DNA from: Amoebophrya sp. A120
Taxonomy: Eukaryota > Protista > Dinoflagellata
Length of the DNA stretch: 64,000 nucleotides
NCBI GenBank assembly: GCA_905178155.1
Contig: CAJINV010000005.1
Span: forward strand, 3,713,253 to 3,777,252
Reading direction: 5' to 3'
Shown here: in pieces, positions 1 to 13,391 of the stretch
Position numbering within the stretch: the first letter of the stretch is position 1
Layout: each line of letters begins with the position of its first letter
Notes under the pieces: model-generated
What the model was told of the DNA's origin: nothing
The model's database searches: none
The model's input: only the letters and a program-made list of their open reading frames with translations
Made by a program: the position numbers and the translations under genes

Positions 1-3000
1 AGACTGATTGTGTTCGTCCCAACGGAAGCTGGTGTTGTCGCCCTTGTTTGGCGGAGGTAAGACAAGGCCGACAAGCGTCCCGGTCGAGCTGCTATTCTCC
101 GCGGTGGACGGCGACGGACCTAAATGTTGCGCAAGATAAGCACCACCAGACCTACTACCAGCAGAATTGTTGTTGCTTCGCGCACCACTGCACTCGAGGT
201 TAGGATTGCTGATGCTCTGTGACCGCCGGAATAGACTCTGGCTGTGTAGTTGCTGCTCCCCGTGCATCACAACAGCAGCCCCACCGGGATCGCTGCTCCC
301 CTCGTAGGTCGCTTCTGTGATAGATCGCGGCAAGGCAACCTGCGGTGCGGACGGAAGGTGAAAGCTGGATTCGCAGTTCTGCGGTAAGGTTGGAGACGTT
401 GGGAGGAGTAGGTTGGGAGCTGCAGATGCTGGGCCCCCGCCGGTGGAGCTACCTGGTAGTTGTGCCTGGTGATAGTGCGTCATCGAAGCCCCGCCCGCCG
501 GGTTCGAACCCTGACTGCCGTACTGCAACGCGTGATCGCGGAGAGGTACTAGGGGTTCGTCGCTCCTCTTCCCCGCGATGGCCCCAGCACCGCCCTGGTC
601 GACACTGCGCACGCTCATTTGTGGTAAGCAGAATTCAGCGGCCTGATGAAAGTTCATCTTGTTTTCCTGGTTATAAAAATCTTTGATCTCGCCAAACTGC
701 AAGTTCGCTGTCATGTTGCCCGGTGGCGCTGGCGGACTGGTCAGGTTAAATTCCTCCATTTGCTCCGAACGATCTCCGGGGCTCGGCTTCCGCTTCAAGT
801 TGTCGCGCAGCTTCTCTTTTTCCTTACTCCCGTGCTTGTGTCGATGCGACGTCTTGTGGTCTTTATGCAGCTTGTCATGATCCTTAACCTTAGATGTTGA
901 TTTGTGGTGCCGCATAGGAGATGAAGAAGCCGCTGCGACGGGCGAGCCGGTTGGATACTCAACGAGCGGATTTGTGTCAACGGGCGCAGTCATCGTGTTC
1001 AGATTCAGTGGACTGGACTTTCGCTGATGATGTTGCCGGTGGCGGTCCTGATGCTGATGATGATGATGGTTGCGTTTGTCGCCTTTCCCATGAGCTGCAT
1101 CTTTCTCCCTAGTTTCGTGCGAATGATGCTGGTGACTTTGCAAATTTGGGTTGTTTTCCGAAAATCCCTGATGCAACAAATTCTCATCCGACCCGCGGCG
1201 CGTACTGTGGTGATGATGCCCATGATGCCCCCCGCTGTGCTTGCCACTGGCTCCGTGATGACCACTGTGGTGGTGTCCATGCGCTCCTTTCTCGCCCTTG
1301 AACATGCGCTTTACTTTTGCCGTTTTCAGAAAATTGTACACATTATCCGGATCCGCGGTCCGCGCGTCCAGAAACGACCTTCTTTTTTTCGCCCGCTTCG
1401 GCCGGTGCTCCGGGCTGCACAGACCACCGCCAGCACCTCCGGTTGTGGTTCCGTTGTTGTTCTTGCTGCGGCTGCCATTGCTGGAAGTTATCGACGCATT
1501 CCGAATTCGGGAGGAGCTGGGGTTGCGGAAAGCGGAAGAAGCAAAGTGATGCTGACCACGGAAAGAGGACGGTAACGTAAGCTGGTGGCCGTGGTGCAGA
1601 AGGGAACGAGGATGGCCGTGGGAAAAATGATCGTGCTCGATGAAAGCAGGTTGCTTACCACTAAAGCTGCCGTGATTTTTGTGTTGGTGCTGGTTGCTGC
1701 TGTTTAGTGTTGTATTCTGCTGGTGATAAAATGGCAGGTGAGCACCAAAGTTACTAGAACTACTAGACCCGGAACCTTGAAGATGATGGCCAACATTCGT
1801 TGCAAGTCCCCGCAACGCGGCCCTGGAGGATGATCTGTCGAGAGACTGACACCGCATGGAGTTACTGTCCGACAGCCCCCGCCCCCGAGGATGAAAGAGG
1901 CTTGAGTGGTGGTGCGCGAGGCCACGAGACCGCAAGTTTCGGTTGTGCAGCCATTCCAAGTACTTGGTGCTGCTTCTTATGTCAGAAATGCCGCCGTGTT
2001 CCTGACCACCAGCCCGGTCCAGCGATTGTGCCCGAATGCTTGCTGATGTTTTGCTGCTGGGCACCATCTTCGTAGCGCGCAGGTCATATCTTCCGGAAAA
2101 CATTTGGCCTGCAGCAGAAGTGCTTGGTTGGAGGCCTTGGCTCGCGCTAGTACCACCACTTTGCGCACCAGCTCCACCGTTGTCCTCCGCGGGACCCAAT
2201 GCTAAGGACGACGCAGAACTGCCCGCAGAGAAGTGAGGATTCGTGTTGAATGAGTTGTAATTGTAACCTGCTGCTGGTGGTGCTGAAACCTGCTTGTGCT
2301 GCAAATTTTCCTCTCGCTCCTGCTCGCCTTCATCTACTACTTCGTGGCCGCGGGCAACCTCGTTGCTCGCTTCGTTTTGGAAATAACCTGTCCTCGTCCG
2401 GGAGGCGGATGAACTATCGGGATTTTTTTCTTTGGTCCCCGACACAAGTTGTGAACCCGACACCGCCGGAGGCTTCAATAAAAACTCCACCTCTTCCTCG
2501 TCACTGGTAAGAACTGACATCACCGGCTGCATTTTCGGCGGCGTGCGAAGCAGGAGAGGATCACTGTTCACCTGCTCTAGCGTACTGCTGGAACTGGGAA
2601 CAAGGCGATGCGAATTACGAGGATCAACATCTTCTCCTCGCTCAACATCGTCGGCACCACGACTCTCAGCTCCAAGTTGTCGCGGCAATCCTTGCTCCTC
2701 TCGGAAGCAAAAATTGTCGTGCGAAGAGGTGAATAGTAACCCTTCTGTAGATGCGAATGGACAGGGACTGGAGAAACTCTTCATGTTACTGACTCCGCCG
2801 GGGGGTGCCGGCAGCTCGTCGTGCTCGGGCCGCTCGGCCTCGGCCTGCGAGGGACGTAGCTCTGCTGCGTCTTTGGACTTCGTGGAAGTTCGCGACATGG
2901 ACGAGGAAGTAGCGTGCATCTTCCGCTCCTCGGACTTAATCTTGTTTCCAAAAGAGGATGAGAATGATGAGCCGGACGTCAGTCTAGAATTCGGACAGCG

Positions 3001-6000
3001 CGCGGGCAAGTCGGACGGTACGAGATCCTCGTTGCTGCCGTGTAGCTCTTCAGATGAACTCTGCGAAAAAATAGATTGGCGGAAAGTCGCGAAGTGATTA
3101 TCTTTTTCGCCACCGAACTGAAGGGTCTCCCTGTCAACATCCGATTTTGGCGAGTCTTCAGGTAGAAGGAGATGATCGCTGAAAAGTGGCTCCCCGGTAA
3201 CGCTGTTGACCAACCGTCTACGAATTCCCTGTCCCCCGGTCGTTGTCTGTTGTTCCGCGATCATCCTCTTCCGCGGCCCCAGAGCAGAATCACAACCCAG
3301 CTCGGTGTTGACTACATCGGCGCAACTCGTTTTTCGCGTTCTCGTGGTTTCTTTTTCGACCAGTTTTTCTTTTTCGCAGGTCAGGGAAAGTGGGGGCACA
3401 ACCACGACATCCTGCAGCGAAGAGCTGGATGAGCACGGCCGTTGAACAGCAGGAACCACGCTAGGAAAATTCGGATCGTTTTTTGCTGCTTGATCATGAT
3501 CGTTGTATTTCGAACAACTTGACCTTCTACCGGTCAGGCTTTTTCGGTTGATGCTCGTTCTGCCAACAGCACCACCGACGACGGTCGTTCCGTGAGTAGA
3601 ACTGCGCCGGGGATGAAATTGTTGTATCTGCGAATGAGCACCAAGAGCTCCCATAGTACTCGTGCTTTCCTGAGGCGTAGCTGGTGGCAGGGGTACCGGC
3701 ATCTTCAAATCTGTCAGCAACGGCTTGCCATCGGGGCCAATCAAACTCAAAGTCGGCTGCTTGTTCGCGGAATTACTTGCGCTCTTCGCTGTAGTTCTCC
3801 GAAGTGAGGACCGGTGCCCGGGATTGCGACCGTCCGGCGCACCAGCTCCACCCTGTGACAAACGCTTGCCTTGCGTGCCGGTCGCGCCGCCCCAGTGGAT
3901 TACCTTTGAAGACGAGGAGGAGGCACTTAGCGCCTGGTTGTACAGAACCAAGTTTCCACTTCGAAGAAGATTTCGCCCAGAATAGTTGTTTCTCGAACTG
4001 CTTCTAACTTTTCCCGTGTTCGAACGGGGAAGCAACCTGCCGGATTTCTTCGGATGCCGCCGTGCAGGGGGGGACGAGCAACCGTGGTTCATTGCTGCTG
4101 TTCCGCTGGCGTGAAGATGATCTTGATCTCGTCCTTGTTGCATCAAAACGACATGGTCTCCCGCCTCAACAAGCCCTGTAGTTGTACCTCGATGATGTTG
4201 ATGGTGATGGTGGTGCAACCGCCGTCTCGCCAGCTTGTTCTCCAACGATTTACTGCGCTTCTTTTTCTTCAATTCCTTTTTTGGCCGCCGGAAGAACATC
4301 TGCCGGTGTTTGGACAATTTGTTGCAGGGCGTCTGTGGCGCTCCAACTACAGAATGCGAGCTCTCCATCGCGAGTGTGAGGGGGAAGGGCAGGAGAGGCT
4401 TGGACAACTCGGAATCAGATTCTTTGCCATCTTGGAGGTCTTGTTTTTGTACTACGTCGTCCTCACTCTCTTCCTCTGAGCTGCTGCTACTTTCGCTGCA
4501 TGTCAACGCCGGGTACGAAAACATGTCGCAAGAGCCTAAGCTTTTGGTCCGGTGTCGACTATCAAAGGTATTCGTTTCTGGTCTCGGTATGATAATGCCA
4601 GAGCCGCGCCCCGCCTCCAGGGCGACCGCACCGTGGCAGTCGGCTGCAATATCGGGGATTACACTTCTGCGAGCCCGGCGGTCGTGCACTAGTGGAAGCG
4701 GCAGATCAGGAAGATGTTGCTCCACAAGAACTGCTTCAGAACCAGTCTTGTTGCTATCCGGGTGTGGAACAGGGGACACGTCGTCGTTACCTGGAACGTC
4801 ATCAAGATCTTCAGCACAGTCAACGATCTCCTGCTGGTGCCTATCAGCCTTTACTTCCTCATCTTCGCAGGGCTCGTGCAAAAGATCTCCGACTTCTGCG
4901 ACGCTTTGCAGCCCATGTTGCTCCTCATTCGACTCGGTCGAAACGGGGATTAGGATACTTTTTGTGTTTCGGCTGTCGCACGAGACACTCCGGTTGCTGC
5001 AACGGCGGTTAGTATTGGACGACGCCGCAGCGATTTGGTGCGGTGGTGCCTGGTGCTGCTCGTTCGTAATGAGTGTGGAGTACGCGGATTCCCGGCCTTC
5101 CGAGATACAACCTAACGAGTCTCGGCCGGCCGGAACCACGCCAACAGGGTGGGTCGGGACGATCATGCAGCCACCCACAACTCCCGGCGCTGCTACACTG
5201 TGAGAGCTCATCTTCGTCGCGTAAGCGCCGTTGTTGAAGGTGTGATGCGGAAGATAACTATGGTGGCTAGGATGATTCAGATTCGTGGAACAACCTAGCA
5301 TGGTCCCAGTACTACTCCCACCAAACGCAGCCCCTCCGATCCCCCCAACATTCGACACAATCGAGTGTCTCGTTCCCGCTGAACTCGGCGACCCGGCGTT
5401 GCAGGTCAGCAAATCCTGTTCGTTCAACGATTTTCTCCCGCCTCCATCCGAGGAACACAGCATGGCGCCCGCGTGAATTCTCGCTTCAATGCTGTTGTAT
5501 TTCTTCTTCCCGCTATTTCTCAGCGTCAATAGCAACACGTCCATCACTAATCCGGCCGAGTTTTTGCAGTTCTTTAAAATCTCCACCCGGGTCTTTTTCA
5601 AAGAGCAGAGGGGAAGAAGGTTTGGCACCGCTAAGCCGAACAGCAGCGTAGCCAGAATGGCGGCGATCACAGCGAGCGGCCGACGCCAGATAGTTGTGAA
5701 TATGTCGTACGTGAAGTCGTTGCTGAGGGCCTGGTCGATGTTATCCAGGATGGGGCCGAGGGCGTTAACCTGGAGGTGTATTTTGGTTTAACTGAAGATG
5801 TAGGTAGTGGTAGCTGTACAGAAATGGATTTCATGTAAACTTCTGACGCAAGGCGTCGGCGTCCTGGATACAGTTACAGCTTACGACAGGATGTTAACCG
5901 AGGAAAACATTAAAAAATGCAATTGATTATGGTGCACGATCATCATGCTCGTCCACCACCATACCTTCGTCTCGTATTTGAACAGCACTGCAAGCGACGC

Positions 6001-9000
6001 GAAGCTGACAATGTTGAACGTCAGGGAGCCGATGTGACAAGGCCTGGTGAAGTGCGGCGGCAAATACGCTTTTGCCGTTTCGAAGACCCAGATGACGACG
6101 AAATTCGCAATCACAAACGTCGCCAAATAGCTCGCCTTTTCCGGTAAGAAATGCACTGCGGAATGAAAAATCTGCGGATTCGCATGCGGATCCACCAACC
6201 CCTCGACGTCTTCCGGCATCGGATCTGCAACTGTGACGATTCTCCGCGGTAACCCGTACAACAGTAGTAGTACATACAATAAAGCCACGACGATTGCGCA
6301 GAGCGTCCCAATCAAGTAAAACACCGCCTGCGACGCGAGCCGCTCCACCGAACCGAGTTGCCACATGTATGGATTGTAAAACTGTCTGGGTCTGGAAACT
6401 TGTGATGCCGGGTGGCGTATCATGAAGAGGCCACAAATGCTGGCTCAGCATGACAAGCTTTTGACCTTCTAGGTGTTGCCTACTCTGCATGACAAACTGC
6501 GTTTCTGCATGACAGCAAAAGGGGGATCTTGGGTAACGTGCGTGACAGATTTAAGAGTCATGCCAGACAAGCATGACAAATCTGGCAATCTTCCAGACCA
6601 AGACGTATTTGCATTTGATAACATGTTCAAGACGACAATACAACCGGAGCTGGTCCAGGGAATCCCGATGGACTGGTGGTCTCCCAAAACCTGAGAATGA
6701 ATCTCCCAGGTCGCGCACAAAGCCGTGAAAACGGTGATAGCGAGCGGTAACTTTGTGCCTTCCGACACATTCTGCAGCCAATGTGGGATAAATCGCTGGC
6801 TGCCTCGCTCGTGCCGCCAGGACGTAACGGAAGTTGTGTAGCTTGGTCCAGGAGCTCCAACATTTTTGTTCTTCCCGTGGTCCGAAGAAGCAGTACCACC
6901 ACCAGCCCCGCTTCCACCAGAATTTGGGTTTATTTTATCTTTCGCTCTCATCTGTTTCACGAGCTGCTGCACTGTGATTTTCGGTCTTTTCAGCAAGAGA
7001 CCACTACTTGATGCAAAGTAGCTGCTCTGTCTCGTTCGCCGTCCTGGCGCGGTTGTCGTAGTTCCGTTCATCTTGTTCCGTCTTTTGTCACAGCAGCTAC
7101 TGCAGCCGCGAAAGGAGAGCGAGTTTTGCGACGGTGCGGCCTCGGCCAGGACGAGTAAGGCTTTGGACTTCAGCAAATGGTTTTCCAAGTGTAGATCGTG
7201 CAACTCCTCGTCGTCCATCATTTTCTGTTCAATTTCCTCGTGATCGTCATCCTCCGGATCGACAAGTTTGCCCCGGATTGAGGAAGCGGTGGACTGGTGC
7301 GCCGGAAATAAATTCACCAAAGAAGAAGTCGGATGTGACAAATGGTGTGCCGTAGTCGGCGCACTGAGGACTTCTTGCATCGTGTTTTGACTGTTTGTTC
7401 CAGTTGTTAACGTTACCCCAGGCTGCACGAGCTGCGGGACTTCTAGCGCATGTGACGTTCCAAGTAGAGCACTGGCATCGGGGGCAATACTAGTGGCGAG
7501 ATGACGTCGCGTTGGTGTTGCAGAGTTGATGCTTTCAACGTAATTTGTTCCATATTGGCGTTGGACATTCGTGTTCTCGCCAGGAGAGCTGGCGGCGTTT
7601 GGTCGATAGTTTCCTGATAATTCAGTGGCCTGCTCTTTCGACGAAAAAATAAGCGCGGAAGGCGCTGGAGATGAGCCCGGCATATTTTCCAAGACTGTTG
7701 CTTTGCCCGTCTCGGCTCTCAAAGGAACGAGGGGCGGCTGCAAGTTCGATGCAAGAACTACAGGGGCGGAGAGAAGTCCGGGACCACCTGCTATACCTTC
7801 GCCAATCGTTGCGGCTGGCGCTTGGTAGCCCTGCTTGTTTTCTTCTCCACCGTTACGCCATCGTAACGGTGGCGTCCCGTTCCTTTCACATCCTGCTTCG
7901 TGATCATGATGTGAAACCCCTACTTCGGGTTCGTCTTTTCGCGATGAAGAAGACCGCACCAGTGGGGTTGACCGTAGAATGCTATCAGCTACCACGGAAT
8001 TTTCACTGTCGATCAATCCGAGGACTGCGAGGTGGGACTCATCGACGTTTCGTGCAGGTTCGATTCCCCCTTCGTACTGCGGGCCCGATGAAGATCCGCC
8101 TTCAATAAAAAGCTCGCCGCGGCAGCTTTTGAGCTCAGGTTGAAGTAGCCCAGAGCCAGCAGATCTCGTCCCCTTTTCTTTCTCTGCCGATGCCGAAAGA
8201 ACTTCTGGTTCTGTCCCCGACCTACTATCATACTCTTGAAACGTAAAGGCGCGACACATCGGGTCCTGTGCAGGGCTGCGCGTGCTTTGTTCGATGGCTG
8301 AGCTCTCATTTCCACGGCGCTGAGGTTGTTCCGCCGAATCAAGAGGCTTACTACCTCCTCGCTTGTCTCCGACATATTGTCCGGCCGAATTCCGACCAGG
8401 GGCAGCTTCATCTCCGGAAGGACTCAGAGAGAAGTTAGTCTGCTTTTGCTGCCGTTCCTGTGATCTAGTTTCTGATGCAAAGGAGGGTCCTCTGGACCTT
8501 CGGGGGTGAGGACCACCCGCCAGTTGTCTGCGAAACCGGTCCATGGAAGCCGCAGCGGCAGCATCGCCCTGCAGCCCGAATCCGGGCAACGACGTCATTT
8601 GCTGCGACTGCGTCGTTCCCCCGCTGCTGTTGAATAGGGAATCCGAGAGCCGCGGCCGGGATTTCTGGGCGTCGTTATAGTCATAGATGGACACTGTGTT
8701 CCGGTTTTCGTCTTCGTATTCATCGTTGTGGTCGCTCTGAAGATCCTGAACAACAGACGACTCCCGGGAAAGCGTGCTGCCCTTGCGGGAAGTAGATGAA
8801 AATTTAAACCTCACTCCGCTGGATGCGGTTCCACCCCCTGCGACGTTCTTCATCCGATCAAGCGTGCGTTGGTTATGTTGCGGCGTCGTGCTAGCACTAA
8901 TTGGCATTAGGTTTCCGGTCGCGGTGTCAAGCTCCTGCTCCCCGTAGTCGGCGTTGTTCACGACACCGCGGCGACGCGGCCCAGTGCTGTCGCCGCGATA

Positions 9001-12000
9001 TAGGCCTGAACGCCGACGCGCCGGCAAACCGACGAGAGAGCCAGTCCTATCGCGCCGACCTCTCATCCTGCTCAGGTGGCTGCTTGTATTGACGTTCGTA
9101 CTTGCTGGGTTATTACATTCCGCGCTGTCCACTCGAATAAGGCGTGATGTTGAGCTTGTTTCTGGACCAGCAGCACGCCGGTCATGATCATCGGTGTCTA
9201 AAATATCCAACTCAAACGACACATTTCTGCTGTTTTCTCTCGACGAGTAGGAAAAATTTTCGCCGTGGATCAGTTGCAATGGCAACAAATCTCCTTGTTC
9301 CATGTTTGTTTGGTCCTGATTATGATTCAGATTATCAGCGTCAGAGTCACTATAATTATCGGAGTCAACGTCATTGATTCCGTCCGAATGCGAATGCGAC
9401 GATCCCATGTTGCGGTCCTGGTCTGTGCTATCGACATGAAGGTCGCCTTATGAAATGTAAAAATGTCTGGGTCTGGGAGAATGCAAGTTTGTCATGCTTG
9501 TCTGGCATGACTCGGGAGTCTGTGTTGCATAGGCACGAAAAAGCCTTCTTACCTGTCACGCAAAAACGCAGTTTGCCATGCGGAATACGTAAGACATGGC
9601 AGCCAAAAAATTTGTCATGCATAGCTGCGTATTGCAGTGCGTCTATCATTCACTTTTAGCATTACAAGTTTCCAGACCCAGACATTTTTACATTTGATAC
9701 GCCTTCTCCTTCAAGACACACTCCACCGCCACCACGCTGAGTTCTTGTCCTATTCGTCGGGGTGTCAGGCGGCAAGGAAGACATGTCCACTTTCCCTACT
9801 ATCTTTCTACTGGTGTAGTTATCCGCAGCACTTCGGCGGCGCTGGACAGAACGGGAAGAAGTAGATGGTGCCACGGGGCCGGTTCCGGAGGATATATTTG
9901 AAGCACATAATTTCATCGCCGCAGCTGCAGCACCACCTCCACCTGACCTTGAGCTTTTGGACGAGCTGCAAAAATTTTGCAGGTTGTAAACACTTCGTTG
10001 ATTTTCATCCTGAGGTGGACCTCCGCCATCGTCGTCGTGGAATCTTGTTCGGTGGTGGTACACGCGGTCCTGAATGTTTGATTTGGAACTCGTCCGGGAA
10101 CCGCGAGTTAAAAATGTCGCTGACGTTTTGCCTTTCTGATAATTATTCTGGTGATCATGTTGTTCTTGAGACGAAGTGGTGTGCAGCGCCGGGGGCTTCG
10201 TATTAGCGCCTGCTTCCTGTTGATGGTGCGTAGAAGTAGATCCTCGTGACGCCGACCCACTTCTTGTTTTCAGAAGTGCACCGGTAATTGGATCGAACTG
10301 GTGGGCGACGGGGGCTCCTGACGGAACAATACCCGGAACAACTGCTCCCCCTTCGATGGACGTGGTCGCTCTCTGCCGTCGAATTATATCACCAACCTTC
10401 CGACGCGCTTTGCTGCTCCGCGAGGTCCGTTGCTGGCCGATCACTGCTCCGTACCCTACGGCGGAAGTGCTACTGCTAGCTGCTCCGCCCCCAATATTGA
10501 TCGTCGCTCTTGATCGTACCGGAGCGGGAGGAGCTCCTCTTGAGCCAGAATAAAGGCCGCCCTGGTGTGAATGATTTATGTGATCCTGCCTGCTGGTAGT
10601 GCTTTTCGGCAGCTTTTCCCTGGGTGACGGCTCGAACAAAGCCCCCAAGCCCGTCGAGCTGTGTGCCCCTTGAGAATTCTGCGGCCGCTTGATCTGCGAC
10701 AGAGCGAGCTGCCGTGTGTAGTGCCGTGGAATGGATAAGCAGTTTCGAAACAGTGCCTCCTGGTGGTCCACCTGTTCTCGCTCGCTAAAATACTGCGCAG
10801 GATCCGGCTGATGTGCAGGAGCTACAGGAACTGTTACTCCTGCGGCGCGATCCGTTGGACTGGCCAGGAAAAGAACAGGAGCTGCAGGTGTAGTAGAATT
10901 GTTTACACTGGTGACTCCGGCGGCTGCAGCCGTTTCTTGCTGTAGTAGTTGCGACGATTGAGCTCCTCCGGGACCAAGCTGCACACAACTTCCGCCAACA
11001 TTCGATGCGCTGAGCCGAGCCGCCGGGGCAGGTGGCCTACTGCTACTGCCCGAATAGGAATACGCAGCCCCGACCGCAGATGTTTCTTCCCCTGGCGCGG
11101 AGAGCTGCTTCTGCGTGGCTGCACCGGTGCAACCAACTTCTTCTGGCGGCGGCACCGGGGGCGCCGCAAGTCCGGAAATTGGTTGGTCCTCCGGTCCCCC
11201 TGTAGCTCGCAGCACCGACCTCTCCGCGGTTTTCGATCTCGGGGGGAAGGACACAGACGTTCCCTCCACGATTGGCACATTGCCTGAAGTCCTGCTCGTC
11301 CGCCGAGCTGGTGGCAGCTGTGCCAGAGGTGCCGCGCTGCCACTTGCAGCCCCGCCACCACCTCCGGGGCGACTGGTGGTTGTTGACGTTGATGTGTAGA
11401 ACAAATTCCCTGGCCCCGTGCTACTTGTCGCACCGCCTCCCGCTGTGATTGTTGTAGCCCGGAGATCATTGCTTTCATCATGACCCTTTGCACTACGAGC
11501 AGCTCCCGGCGCGGCGGCGCCGCGGGCCCCCGCATACTGGTTCTGCGGGCTGTGCTGTTGAAGATCATTTTTCCTATTCCCGCTTCTCTCTCCTGTTCTA
11601 ATAGATGATGAATTCGGGTCGTCAACAAGAACGACCGCACCTGTGCTAGCTGCTCCAGCTCCGTTTCTGCCGGGAATAGAGCTGCCCCTTCCACCGAGGC
11701 CGCCGCTGCCACTGCTCTCGAAGGCAGCACTGTTGTTCCAGCGCTGCCGTGCCAAGTCATCCTCTTGTGTTACCGAACGCCCACGCTGGCTAATATTCTG
11801 TGGCGCACCTCCAACAGCGTAGAAGGTCTGCGCTGCAGCTTGTGAAGATGAATCTAGCGACGATGCGGCGACTTGCTTCTCACCTCGAGGATGTTGGCCT
11901 CTACCAGTGCGTTCGACGTCGGAGTCGAAAGTTGCAGCCTCGTCTTGACCTCCGGCAGGCCCGGCCCTGGATGTTCCACTAAAAATCGGCTCGCTCTTAC

Positions 12001-12112
12001 TGGTGCTGCCGGTTCCTTGCCGCTGCTGGTCGCCCACATCTTGATGCTGGTCCGGTAAATTTCGAAAACTCGAAGTGAAATCGCGAGTAGAAGGCTGCTG
12101 GAAAGAACTCAT
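1..12112 (-). CDS. Very large (>3,800 aa, 3'-partial) low-complexity protein with a central multi-TM module resembling ALMT/FUSC (aromatic acid exporter) transporters; exons ~12112-9700, 9443-6621, 6362-5899, 5769-<1
   Basis: ORFs 9662-12112, 6469-9408 and 5881-6423 join in frame after removing two TIR elements (EGEG|DLHVD; VLNM|WQLG) and a GT-AG intron at 5770-5898. The same frame appears open from 5769 to the window edge (no stop-terminated ORF is listed in it; spot-checked only). TM segments PWTSSGCIVVL..GSV..LIGTL, GSLTFNIV and RRPLAVIAAI..LLP resemble the ALMT/FUSC pattern; the family call is tentative. Confidence 0.7.
6368..6620. mobile_element. TIR introner, family A (TATCAAATGTAAAAATGTCTGGGTCTGGAA), 5-bp direct repeat ACATG
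   Basis: ~30-bp imperfect TIRs; ACATG at 6363-6367 and 6621-6625; removing 258 nt restores the frame; interior closely similar to 33741-33998. Confidence 0.92.
9449..9699. mobile_element. TIR introner, family A, inverted relative to the 6368 and 33741 copies; direct repeat CGCCT
   Basis: TIRs tatgaaatgtaaaaatgtctgggtctgg / ccagacccagacatttttacatttgata; CGCCT at 9444-9448 and 9700-9704; removing 256 nt fuses the 816-aa and 979-aa ORFs; a GC-AG reading is possible. Confidence 0.93.
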
Positions 12113-13391
12113 GTAGGGTTAATGGGTATAGAAGGGGAAGAACTTTATCTAAGAGATGAATTTTGTCCGTGAGTACTAAAGGGCTCTACTTCATCGGGGA
12201 ACTTCTATCAATATCTTTCTACCAAGTCAGAAGTGACAACATAAATTTAACTGTTTCGTAATTTATTGGGGTACGAGGAAAGTTGTGCCTCGAATAGTGA
12301 TCTATCAAAGTAGCACTTGGCGACCTCGTCCTGTAGTTGTGTAGATGATCATGACTCCATTCTTTTGCTCGCAAAGTTGTCTCATGCTTCTGATCCGAAG
12401 ATCAGAAGCAACCACTGGATACATATAGCAGAGAATCGTAAAAAAAAGACAAACGAAATTGAAAGCAGGGATCTGCGCTGGTCCTGTGATCACCTGGTGC
12501 TGATCGCAAGGACAGCATAAATAGATCCTCCGGGGGCGACGTGATCTTGAGGATATCGGGGACCTTCATGACCAAAAAAACAAAAGGAAATCGAACTCGT
12601 GTGGCATTTCAAAGCCGGATCTTCCACCAGGAGGGTCTTCCCTGGTCTGGAGGGACGGAAAGAACATCCAAGCGTAAGCAGAAACAAAAGCGTTTCTTTC
12701 CTCCAAGAACTTGCGGAACTTTTACCGTTGTAGATCCATCTAGGAAGAAGATTGAATCGAAAAACTGCAGCGATGAACAGATGCTCCGTGAGCAGGCCAC
12801 AACCGCGGCTCGAGGGACGCGCTGTCGGTTCCCGCGATGCGGATACGTCCACTCGCACCACGCAAACGCAAGCTGCTCGCTGCATGCGCCAAAAGATCTT
12901 TTTTTTTCTCGTTTACAATGCGCTTCATTGCTTTATTTCTTTTGTTCACATTTCTTTCTACTTATTTTCGCACGATTTTTGTTTCTGTGCGGCTGTGATG
13001 ATGCTAAATTGTACAGAAACTCGATGAAGGCTACATTTTCTTTTCTTTTGTAATTTATTCCTTCTGTTTTTGAAACTTCTTCAGTTCTTTTTTCATCAAC
13101 AGCAACAGGGCGCGTTTGCTGCCCCCTCGAAACGGAAACCTCTTGTTGCTTTTGCGTACCAAGATCATTCAGTTCGTATTCTGCGCGCAAACAGTCATGT
13201 GGCGCAAGGAGATAAAAATGACTTGAAATAAACTAGACTCGACTTAGGCATGCTCCTATTGTAGGAAGCAGTAGCTGACGCTGCGGTGGAGAAGGCAATC
13301 ATCTTCTTCGTGGGGAACGACGTTGATCTCGACCGTCTCACTCCCTGTTCCAGTAACAAGTAACTTGTTCCCTGTTCAAACAAGTCCTCTT

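Noticed and set aside
345-5791. Many plus-strand ORFs (e.g. 4235-5203, 2432-3097)
   Set aside because: Antisense shadows of the long minus-strand frame; no protein-like motifs.
6368-6620. Terminal TA as a Tc1/mariner TA target duplication
   Set aside because: A 5-bp direct repeat lies outside the TA and frame restoration needs element+5 nt. The superfamily is left unassigned, and no transposase is in the window.
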